NCBI GenBank assembly: GCA_965227295.1
Contig: OZ245742.1
Location: forward strand, 1,792,001 to 1,856,000
Origin: Leptonemataceae bacterium
GTDB lineage: Bacteria; Spirochaetota; Leptospiria; Leptospirales; Leptonemataceae
Reading direction: 5' to 3'
Length of the DNA stretch: 64,000 nt
The translations under genes and the position numbers were made by a program. Shown here one piece after another: positions 27,578-39,068 of this stretch (positions within the stretch are counted from its first letter, which is position 1; every line of letters begins with the position of its first letter). The notes beneath the pieces are model-generated. The model was not told the DNA's origin, made no database searches, and saw only the letters and a list, made by a program, of their open reading frames with translations.

Positions 27578-27957
27578 ATGGACATGGAACGAAACAGCGT
27601 GACCGTCGGGGTGATCGGTCCCGGCGGGGATCTTTGTTCGCCGGAGCTCTACGAGTTTGCCCGTCGGCTCGGCCGGGCCCTGGGCGAGCGGCACTACGCC
27701 GTGGTCTGCGGCGGCATGGGCGGAATGATGGAAGCCGTGTGCCGGAACTCGCTTTCGCCTGGATGCATCGCCGGCCGGTGATTTGCTGTACGGTCTTTGA
27801 GGGTTGGGCGGAAAAACTGGCGGGGGTGGACCTGGACGCAGGGATTGTTTTGCGAGGCGGCTTCGGTGGAAGAAGTGTGTTCGGTGTTAATGAAACTGGA
27901 AGAGCAGAAGCGATAAGACGGCGGCACTCGCGTACCGCCGTTCGCAGAATGGATTAG
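27578..27957 (+). pseudogene. Internally deleted, frameshifted TIGR00725-type SLOG gene
   Basis: VGVIG...LGRALG...VVCGGMGGMMEAVCR joins out of frame to ELAFAW..RPVI...GWAEKLAG..LD; the central segment is missing. Confidence 0.7.
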
Positions 27958-28208
27958 TGCCGCGCTTGTTTCGGGCGGGCTTCGTTCACGACGAGGGGAC
28001 GCCCTTCGACTTCCTGGTTCGCCAGTTCTTTCATGGCGTTCAGCGCTTCATTTTTGTTCGGCATATCGACGAAGGCGAAGCCGCGGGAACGACCGGTTTC
28101 CCGGTCCGTGATGAGTTTTACTGATTCCACGTCGCCGTACGCCCGGAACAGGTCGGCGATGGAGTCCTCGGTTAAACGATAGTTGAGGTTACCCACATAA
28201 AGTTTCAT
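27954..28208 (-). CDS. RRM RNA-binding protein
   Basis: LYVGNL (RNP2), RSRGFAFV (RNP1), VNEARP. Confidence 0.95.
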   Translation of the reverse strand: MKLYVGNLNYRLTEDSIADLFRAYGDVESVKLITDRETGRSRGFAFVDMPNKNEALNAMKELANQEVEGRPLVVNEARPKQARH

Positions 28209-28309
28209 TCATTCACACCAAATCTGAGATACGCGCCGATCCGCCGACGTTCCAACAATACGTACATCGCCGCTCACAAAGGTCAACAGAAAAGATGCAC
28301 GCCGCGTTC

Positions 28310-30079
28310 TTAGTAAAAAAATCCGTCGGGACCGGGGCCGTGTTCTTCCCAGCAACCGCGTTTCTTTTTAAGCACGGCGTCGCGCTCCCACGTAGCGGCC
28401 TTTTGTAACAGTGTTTCAATCGTAGTCTGGAATCGCTGTTCCAGACGAGGAATCACCGGGCTGCCGGCCAGCTTCGCCGCCTTGAGTTCCGTCAGGCGCA
28501 TCTTAACGTCGGGCATGGTCGCCAGGATATCCTCGCGCAAGGCCAGTACGATGCCGGCCTTCGTTACCATGGTACGGTCGTAGGTCGGTTCCCCCGTAGA
28601 ACAAAACGCCGCGCCACGGTGGATGATGTGTGTAAGATCGAGATAGTGTTCGTGTCCGGGGCGCCAGCGCACGAGTACCGGGCGCCGGGCCACGTCACGA
28701 TTCGGGAGAGCCTGTTCATCGAGGATTTTGACGCCCGGGCCGGCGGCGACGCCGAAGTAACCGAGGCCGATCCCTTTCAAACACTGCGCCTGCGCCTGGG
28801 AGTTGGTGATCCAGAAGTCGTCCACGCCCAGGCAGGCTTGCAGTTGTTGGAACTCTTCGCCGGTTTGTCCCCAGGGGTGATCCTGGCCGAATAGCAACGC
28901 AGCCGGGCCGGCACCGGACTCTTCGAAGAAGTAGCGACGCTCATCGGCCAGGGAGCCGAAGGTCAGCGGAACTGGCCAGAAGGTCAACAGTACGAAGAAG
29001 GCGAGTCCGGCATAGTGGGAGGCAAGCTTGTGTTTGGTAAATGTTTGTAGAAAGTTCGGCAGCGCGAAGCCGGCCCGGAAGTAACGATCCGCGAGCAGGG
29101 CGAGCATGAGTATCTCCGGCAGGAAGAAGCGGAACATCATGAAGTCGCCGCCCACGCGGACAATGTAGAGGCCCAGGATCAACGTTACACCGAGTTCGCG
29201 AAAGTATGCGAAGTACTGCCGCGGCGGAAGTATGTTTCGCGTTTTGTGAAACACCGGAAAGAGTGCTACCATCCCGCCGATGATCCACAGTGCCGGCGCA
29301 AACAGGAGTGTTGCCGCGAGGTAACGCAGGCCCTGGATGTAGTACGAAGACAGCCCGGACTTCGCGTAGTAGGTGTTCGGAAAGATGTCGTGGTAGTACA
29401 GGCCGCGGAAGAGGTGATAGCTGCCCGCGAAGAGGAGAATGCCCCCGGCCCAGGCGAACAGCGGTTTCCAGCGGAGCTTCTGTAAGACGCGCGGGGCCCG
29501 TAACTGCACGCACTCCGCCAGGATAAACACCGAGTAATATGTAACTAAGAGTCCCAGCTCCGGTCGGCTTAAGTACAAGAGAGCGCAGAGGGATGCGAAG
29601 TAGAACGGCCGTTCGGAGAGGCGGTGCTGCTCGAGTCCGGTGAACAATAACACCGTAAGCAGATAGACCAGCGAATACTCCATGCCGCCCGTGGCGAAAT
29701 CGCGGAAGCCCGAGATCGATACCAGAGCCAGCGCGGCGAAGGGAAAGATCGGGATGCCGTTCGGTTCCCGACCGGGGCGGAAGACAAGAATCGCCAGGGC
29801 AATGCCGGAGTAGAGCAGGCCCAGCAGAATGGCGCCGAAGTGCAACGGGAGGCCGATGCCCTTGATGAGTACCAGTCCCATCATCCACAGCGGATGGGTG
29901 AACGATTCAGTGCGCACGCCCGGATTGTAGACCAGGCCGTGGCCGGCGTAGAGGTTCTCGACGCTGCGGAAGGTGATGTAGCCGTCCTCGGCGACCCAGA
30001 CCCGGCTCAGAACGGCCCATAGACAAAAGAGGGCGACCAGGCCGAGAAAGATGCGGGATGTGCGCGAGTATGCCTGCAT
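28310..30079 (-). CDS. Polytopic membrane glycosyltransferase (GT-C-like)
   Basis: EDGYITFRSVENL..GHGLVYN.G.R.E..T.PLW, SRPE, PNTYYAK, GGDFM..RFF.P. Confidence 0.75.
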   Translation of the reverse strand: MQAYSRTSRIFLGLVALFCLWAVLSRVWVAEDGYITFRSVENLYAGHGLVYNPGVRTESFTHPLWMMGLVLIKGIGLPLHFGAILLGLLYSGIALAILVFRPGREPNGIPIFPFAALALVSISGFRDFATGGMEYSLVYLLTVLLFTGLEQHRLSERPFYFASLCALLYLSRPELGLLVTYYSVFILAECVQLRAPRVLQKLRWKPLFAWAGGILLFAGSYHLFRGLYYHDIFPNTYYAKSGLSSYYIQGLRYLAATLLFAPALWIIGGMVALFPVFHKTRNILPPRQYFAYFRELGVTLILGLYIVRVGGDFMMFRFFLPEILMLALLADRYFRAGFALPNFLQTFTKHKLASHYAGLAFFVLLTFWPVPLTFGSLADERRYFFEESGAGPAALLFGQDHPWGQTGEEFQQLQACLGVDDFWITNSQAQAQCLKGIGLGYFGVAAGPGVKILDEQALPNRDVARRPVLVRWRPGHEHYLDLTHIIHRGAAFCSTGEPTYDRTMVTKAGIVLALREDILATMPDVKMRLTELKAAKLAGSPVIPRLEQRFQTTIETLLQKAATWERDAVLKKKRGCWEEHGPGPDGFFY

Positions 30080-30222
30080 GCGGGGACATCCTGGCCGCCG
30101 GTGGATGCGCCGACACCAAAAATCAGCGGGCGCCGGAATTTTAGGTTTTCCGCGCGACGGTCGAAATAATTACGTCTACTATAGAAGAAAGCGGCCGGTC
30201 ATGCGGCCGCCGGTAGATGATA

Positions 30223-30569
30223 GGGGACGAAATGGCTTCGACTGCTGTGATTTCGAGGCTTTGATTGCATGCAGAGTTGAGGAACTCTTCAAAACCTCAC
30301 CCTATAACTGCCAACAACGAAATGGCTCTCGCAGCTTAATCATAGCTGCTTGCGCTCGCCTGAAGTTCCCTTCCGGGCTTCGGGATGAGTGTCACTTTAC
30401 GGAAGGTGAGTCGATCGGGTGCGAGCTGCAGATCGGCTGACGTTTACAGTTCGCGAAGTGTTGTCCGTCCTGTCGATGGGTAAGGGCGGCACTTAACTGA
30501 TCATCGACTAAGCATGTAGAGGTCACTGTCTTGCACCGTAGGACGCGGGTTCGACTCCCGCCGTCTCCA
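30223..30569 (+). ncRNA. ssrA: tmRNA; tag peptide ANNEMALAA
   Basis: 5' GGGGACGAAATGGCTTCGAC, 3' GGACGCGGGTTCGACTCCCGCCGTCTCCA; tag reading frame 30310-30339. Confidence 0.96.
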
Positions 30570-30577
30570 ATATAGTT

Positions 30578-30614
30578 GTGCAGTGGTTGCGACGTCCTGT
30601 CGCAACCACTGCAC
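30578..30614. terminator. Perfect 16-bp hairpin after tmRNA
   Basis: GTGCAGTGGTTGCGAC-GTCCT-GTCGCAACCACTGCAC between convergent genes; no U-tract. Confidence 0.5.
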
Positions 30615-30742
30615 GCTAAGAGTTCCGCTCCTTTGGAGCGGCAAAACTTCCTGTTTTGGCAAAACCGCTGCGCGTTTTGCTTGTTGTGCGCGGGACTGCC
30701 GTGTCCTGGCGCAACCGCTGCGATGTCAATCGCGGGCAATGC

Positions 30743-31522
30743 TCAGATGTACCCGCGCAACCAGTAGGCCGCCAGGCCGATGTACTCTTTGATCGCAATG
30801 GTACTCACCGAGACTGCCGACGGCGACGGGATCAATCCCTCCGGCCCCGGAAAGATCCGCGAACGATAGTAATCTACCGGAAAGGGGATAAGCCCCAGGT
30901 CCGGCGCGGCCGCACGGAAGCAGCCCACGCTCCGCGGCATGTGCAATGCCGACGTAACGAGAATGATTTTCCGCCAGCCCTGTTTCGCGGCAAGCTTCGC
31001 CGTTTCCCGCGCATTCTCGGCAGTGTTTCGCGAGGTGCTTTCGATGACGATGCGCTCCGCCGCGATGCCGCGTTCTTCGAGCAGCCAGCGTTGCAGGATC
31101 AACGCCTCGGATTCGCCGATTTGTAGAATCAATCCCGAACCGCCGGAGAGCACGAGCACCGGTGCCGCGTTCTTGCGCAGCAGCGCTTCCCCGGCGAGGA
31201 TGCGATCGACACTGGAGATAAACTCCGGCCCGGGCCGGCCGGTGAGCGGATCCACCATGCCGCCGAGTACGACGACGGCGTCGGCACTAAGCTGTGCGGA
31301 AATGTTCTTAACGGATCGGTGCGGGTAGGCGTCTTCCAGCGGCGCGATGAGCAGGCCGGACACCGGATTCGTGGAAAGCGCGTAGAGTGCGAGCAGTGCG
31401 ATGCGAAAGACAAAACGCGTCCACGAGGGCTGCATGCGCACCGCCGCGATCACGGCGATGAGCAGGAACAACGGGTAGGGGAAAAGGAAGATCGTAAGGA
31501 GTTTTGAGAGATAGAAGAACAT
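30743..31522 (-). CDS. YdcF/DUF218 family protein
   Basis: VVLGG, SGGSG, ESTSRNTAENA, LVTSALHMPRS, KEYIG. Confidence 0.92.
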   Translation of the reverse strand: MFFYLSKLLTIFLFPYPLFLLIAVIAAVRMQPSWTRFVFRIALLALYALSTNPVSGLLIAPLEDAYPHRSVKNISAQLSADAVVVLGGMVDPLTGRPGPEFISSVDRILAGEALLRKNAAPVLVLSGGSGLILQIGESEALILQRWLLEERGIAAERIVIESTSRNTAENARETAKLAAKQGWRKIILVTSALHMPRSVGCFRAAAPDLGLIPFPVDYYRSRIFPGPEGLIPSPSAVSVSTIAIKEYIGLAAYWLRGYI

Positions 31523-31612
31523 GTTTCACTCCGAGGACCGAGGGACCGAGCTTTTTGGGAGAGGGGTTAGACGTCGAGTATGATGGTTTGTAGATGGTTG
31601 GCTCGACTCTTC

Positions 31613-31734
31613 GCGTCAGGGATGCGGAGGGTTGCGCGAAGCGCAATTCCGGAGTGAGCGAAGCGAACGCAGGAACGAGCGATGAGCGAGCCCGGAGCAG
31701 CCCGGCCCCCGCGCGTAGCGCGGGGGAGACGCCC
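31613..31734 (+). ncRNA. Structured intergenic RNA or repeat, Flavo-1-like
   Basis: GCGTC...GACGC closing helix, GCGTCAGGGAT start, AGCCCGGCCCC...GACGCCC end, internal hairpins; the family resemblance is from memory only. Confidence 0.45.
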
Positions 31735-31757
31735 AGAAAATAAATATCTTACATTAT

Positions 31758-32678
31758 TCACAGCAAATCTTTTGATTCTAAGTCTTCAAAGTACTTCAGT
31801 ACTTTCTCGACCGTCCAGGCCGGCTGTTCCATGGGAAAAAAGTGCGAGCCGGTAGATTGCATTCGCTGTGAGTTAGGGTTGCGCCTGGTAAGCAGTCGGG
31901 CCGCACGATCGGGAGTGACCTCGCTCTTCGTTGCCTGGATTACGAGCTTCGGCATTTCCACGGCCTTGTGATGGCGCCACTGGCCGCGGTGCAGCGTTCG
32001 AAAAATTCGCGCCTCGACGCGCGGGGGCAGGCAGAGTTCGTACATGCCGTCGTCGCGCTTGCGAAAGGCCGAGGCGAGATAGGCCTGGAATACGGCGTCG
32101 TCCCAGGCCTTGAATCCCGGGTGCATGCGATACGAACGCTCCACGAGTTTCATGCTTTTGAATTCGGCGCGTCGGCGTTCCGCCGCTTCGGCCAGGGGAT
32201 GCGGAAACAACGGCAGGAGCCAGGCCAGCAGCGGCGTAAGCACCGTCGGATCGAGCAGGGCCAGGGCGCGAATGCGCGCGGTTTCGCCGGCGGCGCGGGC
32301 CCGCTCTTCTTCGAGGGCCGCCAGGAGAGAGGACGTCGCCCCACCGATGCTGTGACCGACGACCAGGATGCCGCCGGCTGCATCGATCCTACCGCTTTCG
32401 CTGAGGAAATTCAGCAACGCCATGGCCTGGTCGCGAAAGAAGTTCCAGTCCTCAAAGTCCTCCGTCGGCTGCGAACGGCCGTGGCCGACAAAATCCAGGG
32501 CGAAAACGGGATGCCCGGCCGCCGTTAAGGCCTCAAAGAGGCGTGTGTAGGTGAGCGCAGGATAGCCGTTGGCGTGGAAAAACAGGATCGGCCGGCGCTC
32601 CCGGTGCATCGGCTCCAGCTGATACCAGGCGAGCTGGATGTTGCGAAACTTGAGCTGGCCTGTCTGCATGGCGGGCAT
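31758..32678 (-). CDS. Alpha/beta hydrolase
   Basis: FFHANGY, DFVGHGRS, GHSIGG nucleophile elbow, SHFFPMEQP; start 32678 or 32669. Confidence 0.9.
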   Translation of the reverse strand: MPAMQTGQLKFRNIQLAWYQLEPMHRERRPILFFHANGYPALTYTRLFEALTAAGHPVFALDFVGHGRSQPTEDFEDWNFFRDQAMALLNFLSESGRIDAAGGILVVGHSIGGATSSLLAALEEERARAAGETARIRALALLDPTVLTPLLAWLLPLFPHPLAEAAERRRAEFKSMKLVERSYRMHPGFKAWDDAVFQAYLASAFRKRDDGMYELCLPPRVEARIFRTLHRGQWRHHKAVEMPKLVIQATKSEVTPDRAARLLTRRNPNSQRMQSTGSHFFPMEQPAWTVEKVLKYFEDLESKDLL

Positions 32679-32709
32679 CGGAGCGCGAGCCTCCCGTGTA
32701 CCACCTCTC

Positions 32710-32725
32710 TGGCAATCCTTTTGCA
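32710..32725 (+). promoter_or_regulatory. Putative sigma54 (-24/-12) promoter
   Basis: TGGCAATCCTTTTGCA with exact GG-N10-GC spacing, upstream of the sigma54 activator gene. Confidence 0.6.
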
Positions 32726-32922
32726 CGGAGATGTGCCTGTTTCGCGGCATTTGTAGGAACTCTTACAGGAATCATGCTTAAAAAAACCGCAGGTTGGGTA
32801 AATTTTTAGTGTGTGTGCAGGAGGCTCCGGAATGATGTGCAGGGAGAAGCGGCACTTTGTTGTGAAACGAGCATTGCCTGTGAGCGGTGCTCGTAGTATT
32901 CTCATCCTATTGTGGAATATTT

Positions 32923-35034
<2,112 letters not shown>

Positions 35035-35044
35035 TGCCGACGAA

Positions 35045-36040
35045 CTACAGTTGATTCCTTCGAAAGTATTCGTTTACCGACATGCCCGCATGGCGCGCGA
35101 AGATTCTCCGAAAGTGGCTGATGTCGTCGTAACCGACCTTGCCGCAGACGGCTTCGATGGACGCGCCGTTCCCTTCGCTTAACAACCGCCGGGCGACATC
35201 TACGCGATAGCGCTGGAGGTACTCCAGGGGCGAGTCGCCGGTGGAACGTTTGAAACGTCGTTTGAAGTTGCGTTCGCTCATGCCCGTGCGTTTGGCCAGG
35301 TCCGCGATCGTCAGCGGGGCGGCGTAGTTTTCGTGAATGTGGCGCTGGGCCACCGCCACGGCATCGTCTTCATGATGTGTCTGAGATTCCAGGGTGGCGT
35401 AGCGATTCTGGGAGCCGCGATCGATGTCCAGCAGCAACGCCCGGGAACATCGATAGGCGGTTTCAAAGCCGAAGAAACGCTCCACGATCCTGAGTGCCAG
35501 GTCGGCGAAGGCGTACCCGCCGCCGGAGCATAAGATGCGGCCGCCGGAATCCTCGGTGACCATCTCTTCCGGGCGCAGTTTTACTTTCGGAAAGAGCGAG
35601 CGAAAATGATCGGCATCGGCCCAGTGCGTCGTCGCCGTGCGCCGATCCAGCAAACCCGTGTCGGCCAGGGCGAAACCGCCGCGGGCGATACCGGCCACCA
35701 CCGAGCCCTGGGCGTACATCTTCGTAATCCAGCGACCGGCGGTAGGCCGCAGGTCTTCCAGGCTGTGCGGATCGGTATGACCCGACGCAACGAGTACGAC
35801 GTCCGTCTCTTCAATTTCGTCGATGGAACGATCCGGATCGACCTTCTGCGCGGCCGGGCGGCAGAGTACGGCGTTGCCGTCAGGCGTCGCTATGTCCACC
35901 GTGAAGTGCGGCTGAGTCTCCGCGTCGTGGATTTCATCCCAGAGCACTCCCGCCTCGGAGAGGATTTCGTGCAGTCCGTAGACCTGGGTAATGGAAGATT
36001 TTCCTAAAGCGAGTATGGTGGCGTGTTTGGTGTTCGGCAT
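35045..36040 (-). CDS. GlxA-family AraC regulator (DJ-1/PfpI plus HTH)
   Basis: GLLD.R.ATTHW, MSERNFKRRFK..TG.SP..YLQ..R, VGYDD.SHFRR.F. Confidence 0.92.
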   Translation of the reverse strand: MPNTKHATILALGKSSITQVYGLHEILSEAGVLWDEIHDAETQPHFTVDIATPDGNAVLCRPAAQKVDPDRSIDEIEETDVVLVASGHTDPHSLEDLRPTAGRWITKMYAQGSVVAGIARGGFALADTGLLDRRTATTHWADADHFRSLFPKVKLRPEEMVTEDSGGRILCSGGGYAFADLALRIVERFFGFETAYRCSRALLLDIDRGSQNRYATLESQTHHEDDAVAVAQRHIHENYAAPLTIADLAKRTGMSERNFKRRFKRSTGDSPLEYLQRYRVDVARRLLSEGNGASIEAVCGKVGYDDISHFRRIFARHAGMSVNEYFRRNQL

Positions 36041-36151
36041 AATCAACTGATCGGGCCGGCCGAGAGATGTGGCCGGTCTAATCCGCTGCTCTTTAGCGTA
36101 GTAGCAGACCGACCGGGCGGCAAGGCCTCATTGGTTAAGTGTGCCAGACTG

Positions 36152-36643
36152 TCAGGGTGAATCAAAAAGTGTGCGGCCGGTTTCGCGGGCCTCGAAGATG
36201 AACGGCAGTACGTGGCGAGCGGTAGGTACCAGATCCAATTGCAGCGCGTCTTTGCGCGGGTAGTATTGAAAAACGTCGGCCTCGCCGTCCACCGCCCGCA
36301 ATTTTCCGGCAACGTGCCGCGCTTCAAAGATACTCGAAACGTAGGCGACGCGATCGCCGTTCGTGTACTCCAGTACCATGTCTTCGCCGCCGAACACGCC
36401 CAGCACTCGCAGGAGTTCTACGATGAGTCCGGTTTCTTCGTAGACCTCGCGCACCGCGGCCCGGGCCGGGCTTTCTCCAGGATCCACGGCGCCGCCGGGT
36501 ATGCCCCAGCGACCGTTCTCGCTGAGGCGAATCATCAACAATCGATCCTGATTGTCGAAAATTGCGCAGCCGGCGGCGGGCGTGAGCACGAGATCGGTGC
36601 CGATCTTTTTGCGCAGATTCTTAAGATACTCGGAGATGGGCAT
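36152..36643 (-). CDS. Nudix hydrolase
   Basis: Intact Nudix box PGGAVDPGESPARAAVREVYEETGL. Confidence 0.93.
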   Translation of the reverse strand: MPISEYLKNLRKKIGTDLVLTPAAGCAIFDNQDRLLMIRLSENGRWGIPGGAVDPGESPARAAVREVYEETGLIVELLRVLGVFGGEDMVLEYTNGDRVAYVSSIFEARHVAGKLRAVDGEADVFQYYPRKDALQLDLVPTARHVLPFIFEARETGRTLFDSP

Positions 36644-36644
36644 G

Positions 36645-37853
36645 TTACTGAGCGCGAACCGTGCCGGGCAGATCCGCGGAAGTCGTCGCGGGGTTCGCCG
36701 TGGTTGCCCGGCCGTCCTTCGCCGTCAGGCGATCGCCTTCGCCGAGTAAGAGGCCGATCCACGGATGCAGTTTCGCGAGACCGTGCAGGGCCAGGGCCAG
36801 CGGCCAGGCCAGACCGAGCACCAGGGTTATCCGCAGGCCGAACGGTAACTTTGCCAGAGCGAACATTAAGATCGGATGGCTCAGGTACACGAGGAAGCTG
36901 ACCCGCGCCAGTTCCCGCAGGCGGTTGCCGGAAGGCCGTTCCGGCAGGTGCGCGAGCCAGGCGATCCACAGCACGGCATACAGTGCCACGACCGGCCGCC
37001 ACACCCGGCCTGCCGGGTCCGGATGCGTTGCGCCGAAGAACGTGGACGTGCAGAAGTCGTAGAAGACCAGGATGAATCCCACGGGCAACAGTGCCGTGAC
37101 TACGCGAAAGCGTCGGCGGGGTTCGGCGAAGAACGCCGGCCATGGCGCGGGCGCATCGGCTTGTTGCCCGCCGGAAGACTCGCCCAGCCATTTACCGTAG
37201 ACGAAGAAAGGCAGCGCGTAGCTGAACAGGATCGTCCAGGCCACGACACTGCCGCCGGCCGCCGCCGCGCTGATGGCCCGGCTGTCCCGGGCGATCGTAA
37301 TGCCGAAGGATTCGAGCAGGCCCATGGAAGCGTGCGGATCCAGGAAGATGTAAGTGAGAACCGACGGCACGCAGAGCAACAGCGCCGTGCTTACCCGGAA
37401 ACGCAGGCGGCGGAGCAGCGGGTACGCCAGGTAGAGATACAACAATACCGCTACGAAATAGAGATGAAACAGATGCGCACCGCCGGGCAGGCCGGCCAGG
37501 AAGTAGGTGAGGCTGAGTTCACTCTTGCCGCGCAGGCCGTGGTAGAGAAAACCGAAGACCGACATGATCAAAAAAGGCGGCAGGATGCGCAGGGCCCGGT
37601 TACGATAAAAGTCGCTTGTTCGAAAGTTAGTGGCCCCGCCGCCGTAGAGCCGGTGCGCGCCGAAGGCGTAACCGGACAGAAAGAAAAACAGGAGCGTTGC
37701 GGGTTTGCCGAGTTGGTTGATCACGGCTATGAGCCAGGCGCCGACGGACTCCCGACCCGTGCCGAGCTCGACGAAACCGTTCCAGGTCGCGTGATTGAAC
37801 ACGATGCAGCAGACCGCGATGACGCGCAGCAGGTCGGTGGCGAACCGGCTCAT
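36645..37853 (-). CDS. Acyltransferase family 3 membrane protein
   Basis: DLLRVIA...IV.NH, FFFLSGY, R.LRILPP, HLYFV, SF.VYL.HP. Confidence 0.85.
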   Translation of the reverse strand: MSRFATDLLRVIAVCCIVFNHATWNGFVELGTGRESVGAWLIAVINQLGKPATLLFFFLSGYAFGAHRLYGGGATNFRTSDFYRNRALRILPPFLIMSVFGFLYHGLRGKSELSLTYFLAGLPGGAHLFHLYFVAVLLYLYLAYPLLRRLRFRVSTALLLCVPSVLTYIFLDPHASMGLLESFGITIARDSRAISAAAAGGSVVAWTILFSYALPFFVYGKWLGESSGGQQADAPAPWPAFFAEPRRRFRVVTALLPVGFILVFYDFCTSTFFGATHPDPAGRVWRPVVALYAVLWIAWLAHLPERPSGNRLRELARVSFLVYLSHPILMFALAKLPFGLRITLVLGLAWPLALALHGLAKLHPWIGLLLGEGDRLTAKDGRATTANPATTSADLPGTVRAQ

Positions 37854-37991
37854 ACGACCATCCCCTCGCGAGCAGCGTCACGCGAAAGTACTATTCGGCC
37901 CGAATCGCGGAGAAAAGGGCGGGGCTGCGTAAGATCTTGCAACCGGCTAAAAAGAGTTGAGTATTATCTTACGCCCCGCGCCTCGTGCTGT

Positions 37992-39044
37992 ATGCATCGA
38001 GTTGTCGCAGTCTGCTTTGTGGTGTCTGTTTTCTTTTCGGTGACGCCGGGGTTCGCTCAGGAACCGGCCGGCCCCGCCGCGGAAGAAGGAGCCGAAGAAT
38101 CCATTGCTGATGCGCAAGACGAACCGGGCGAGCGCAGGTCGCGGCTGCGCTTCAGTCTGGGCTACTGGGCGGGCCCGGAAGACGCGGATTACATTGAGCA
38201 TCTGCGCGACGACCTTACGTTCGCCGGCCTCTCCCCGCGATCCCTCATAGACAACCCCGGTCCGAAGCCGACCGAGGCTACGCCCGTGGCCCTCGAATTC
38301 TGGACGCCGCTCCAGGTCGGTGATCTTTCGCTGCGCCTGGAACACTACGTGACCGGTACTTCGTATCGCGACGGGAGCGGGCTGACCACCGGCGGCACGC
38401 TGTTCTTTTTCAATCATGATCGCTACCGGCGCGAACGTCTGCATATCTTCCTGGGCTATCGCCTGGGTTTTCTGGAGGATCGATTGCACGTCACGCCGCG
38501 CCTGGGCTTGCGTCGTTACGGCGAGACCTCGGACCTGGGGCTCGCCGGTGTTCAGCCCGACTTCGTTCAGTTGATTGCCCAGGTTCGTGATGTGAACGGG
38601 GAAGGCACGGTGGCCGGGTTGGACCTGGAGTATCTTCTCCTGGAAGATCTGTCCGTCCTCGGAACCTATGCCCGCAGTGTGGGGCCGATCGACGGGGACA
38701 TGAACCTCGCGTCCCTGAACGCTGCTGCGGCACGCTCGGTCTTCGGATCGGCAACGTCGTTATCTTATGCCGGCGCCGTCGCCGATCATCTGCACATCTG
38801 GCGTTCGTGGTCGCTGGCACTGTCGTATCGAGTCTTCGAGGGCGTGCGGATCGCCGCCGGTTATCGGAAAGAAACCATCAGCGTCCGTTATCCGGACTAC
38901 TTCACTTTCTCCGCCGCACTCGGAGGGGGGTTCATCGAGATATCTCCCACCGAACTCGTTACGAATCGCATTAGCTATGATCAGGCAAAGCTTTCAGAAA
39001 AGAAGGGCGTTTTCCTGGAAGCCAGTTATGAGCTTGGTCTATAA
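37992..39044 (+). CDS. Putative outer-membrane beta-barrel protein
   Basis: Signal peptide, amphipathic strands, terminal GVFLEASYEL; the upstream part of the 722-aa ORF is an antisense shadow. Confidence 0.7.
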   Translation: MHRVVAVCFVVSVFFSVTPGFAQEPAGPAAEEGAEESIADAQDEPGERRSRLRFSLGYWAGPEDADYIEHLRDDLTFAGLSPRSLIDNPGPKPTEATPVALEFWTPLQVGDLSLRLEHYVTGTSYRDGSGLTTGGTLFFFNHDRYRRERLHIFLGYRLGFLEDRLHVTPRLGLRRYGETSDLGLAGVQPDFVQLIAQVRDVNGEGTVAGLDLEYLLLEDLSVLGTYARSVGPIDGDMNLASLNAAAARSVFGSATSLSYAGAVADHLHIWRSWSLALSYRVFEGVRIAAGYRKETISVRYPDYFTFSAALGGGFIEISPTELVTNRISYDQAKLSEKKGVFLEASYELGL

Positions 39045-39068
39045 TATGTAAGAAATCAAGGAGTGATC

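Noticed and set aside
30570-30742. Prophage or island integrated at ssrA
   Set aside because: No integrase, att duplication or phage genes follow tmRNA.
30392-30798. Small ORFs around the tmRNA 3' end
   Set aside because: They overlap tmRNA and hairpins and have no protein-like features.
36876-37991. First 372 aa of the 722-aa ORF
   Set aside because: Antisense shadow of the acyltransferase gene. A signal peptide begins at 37992.
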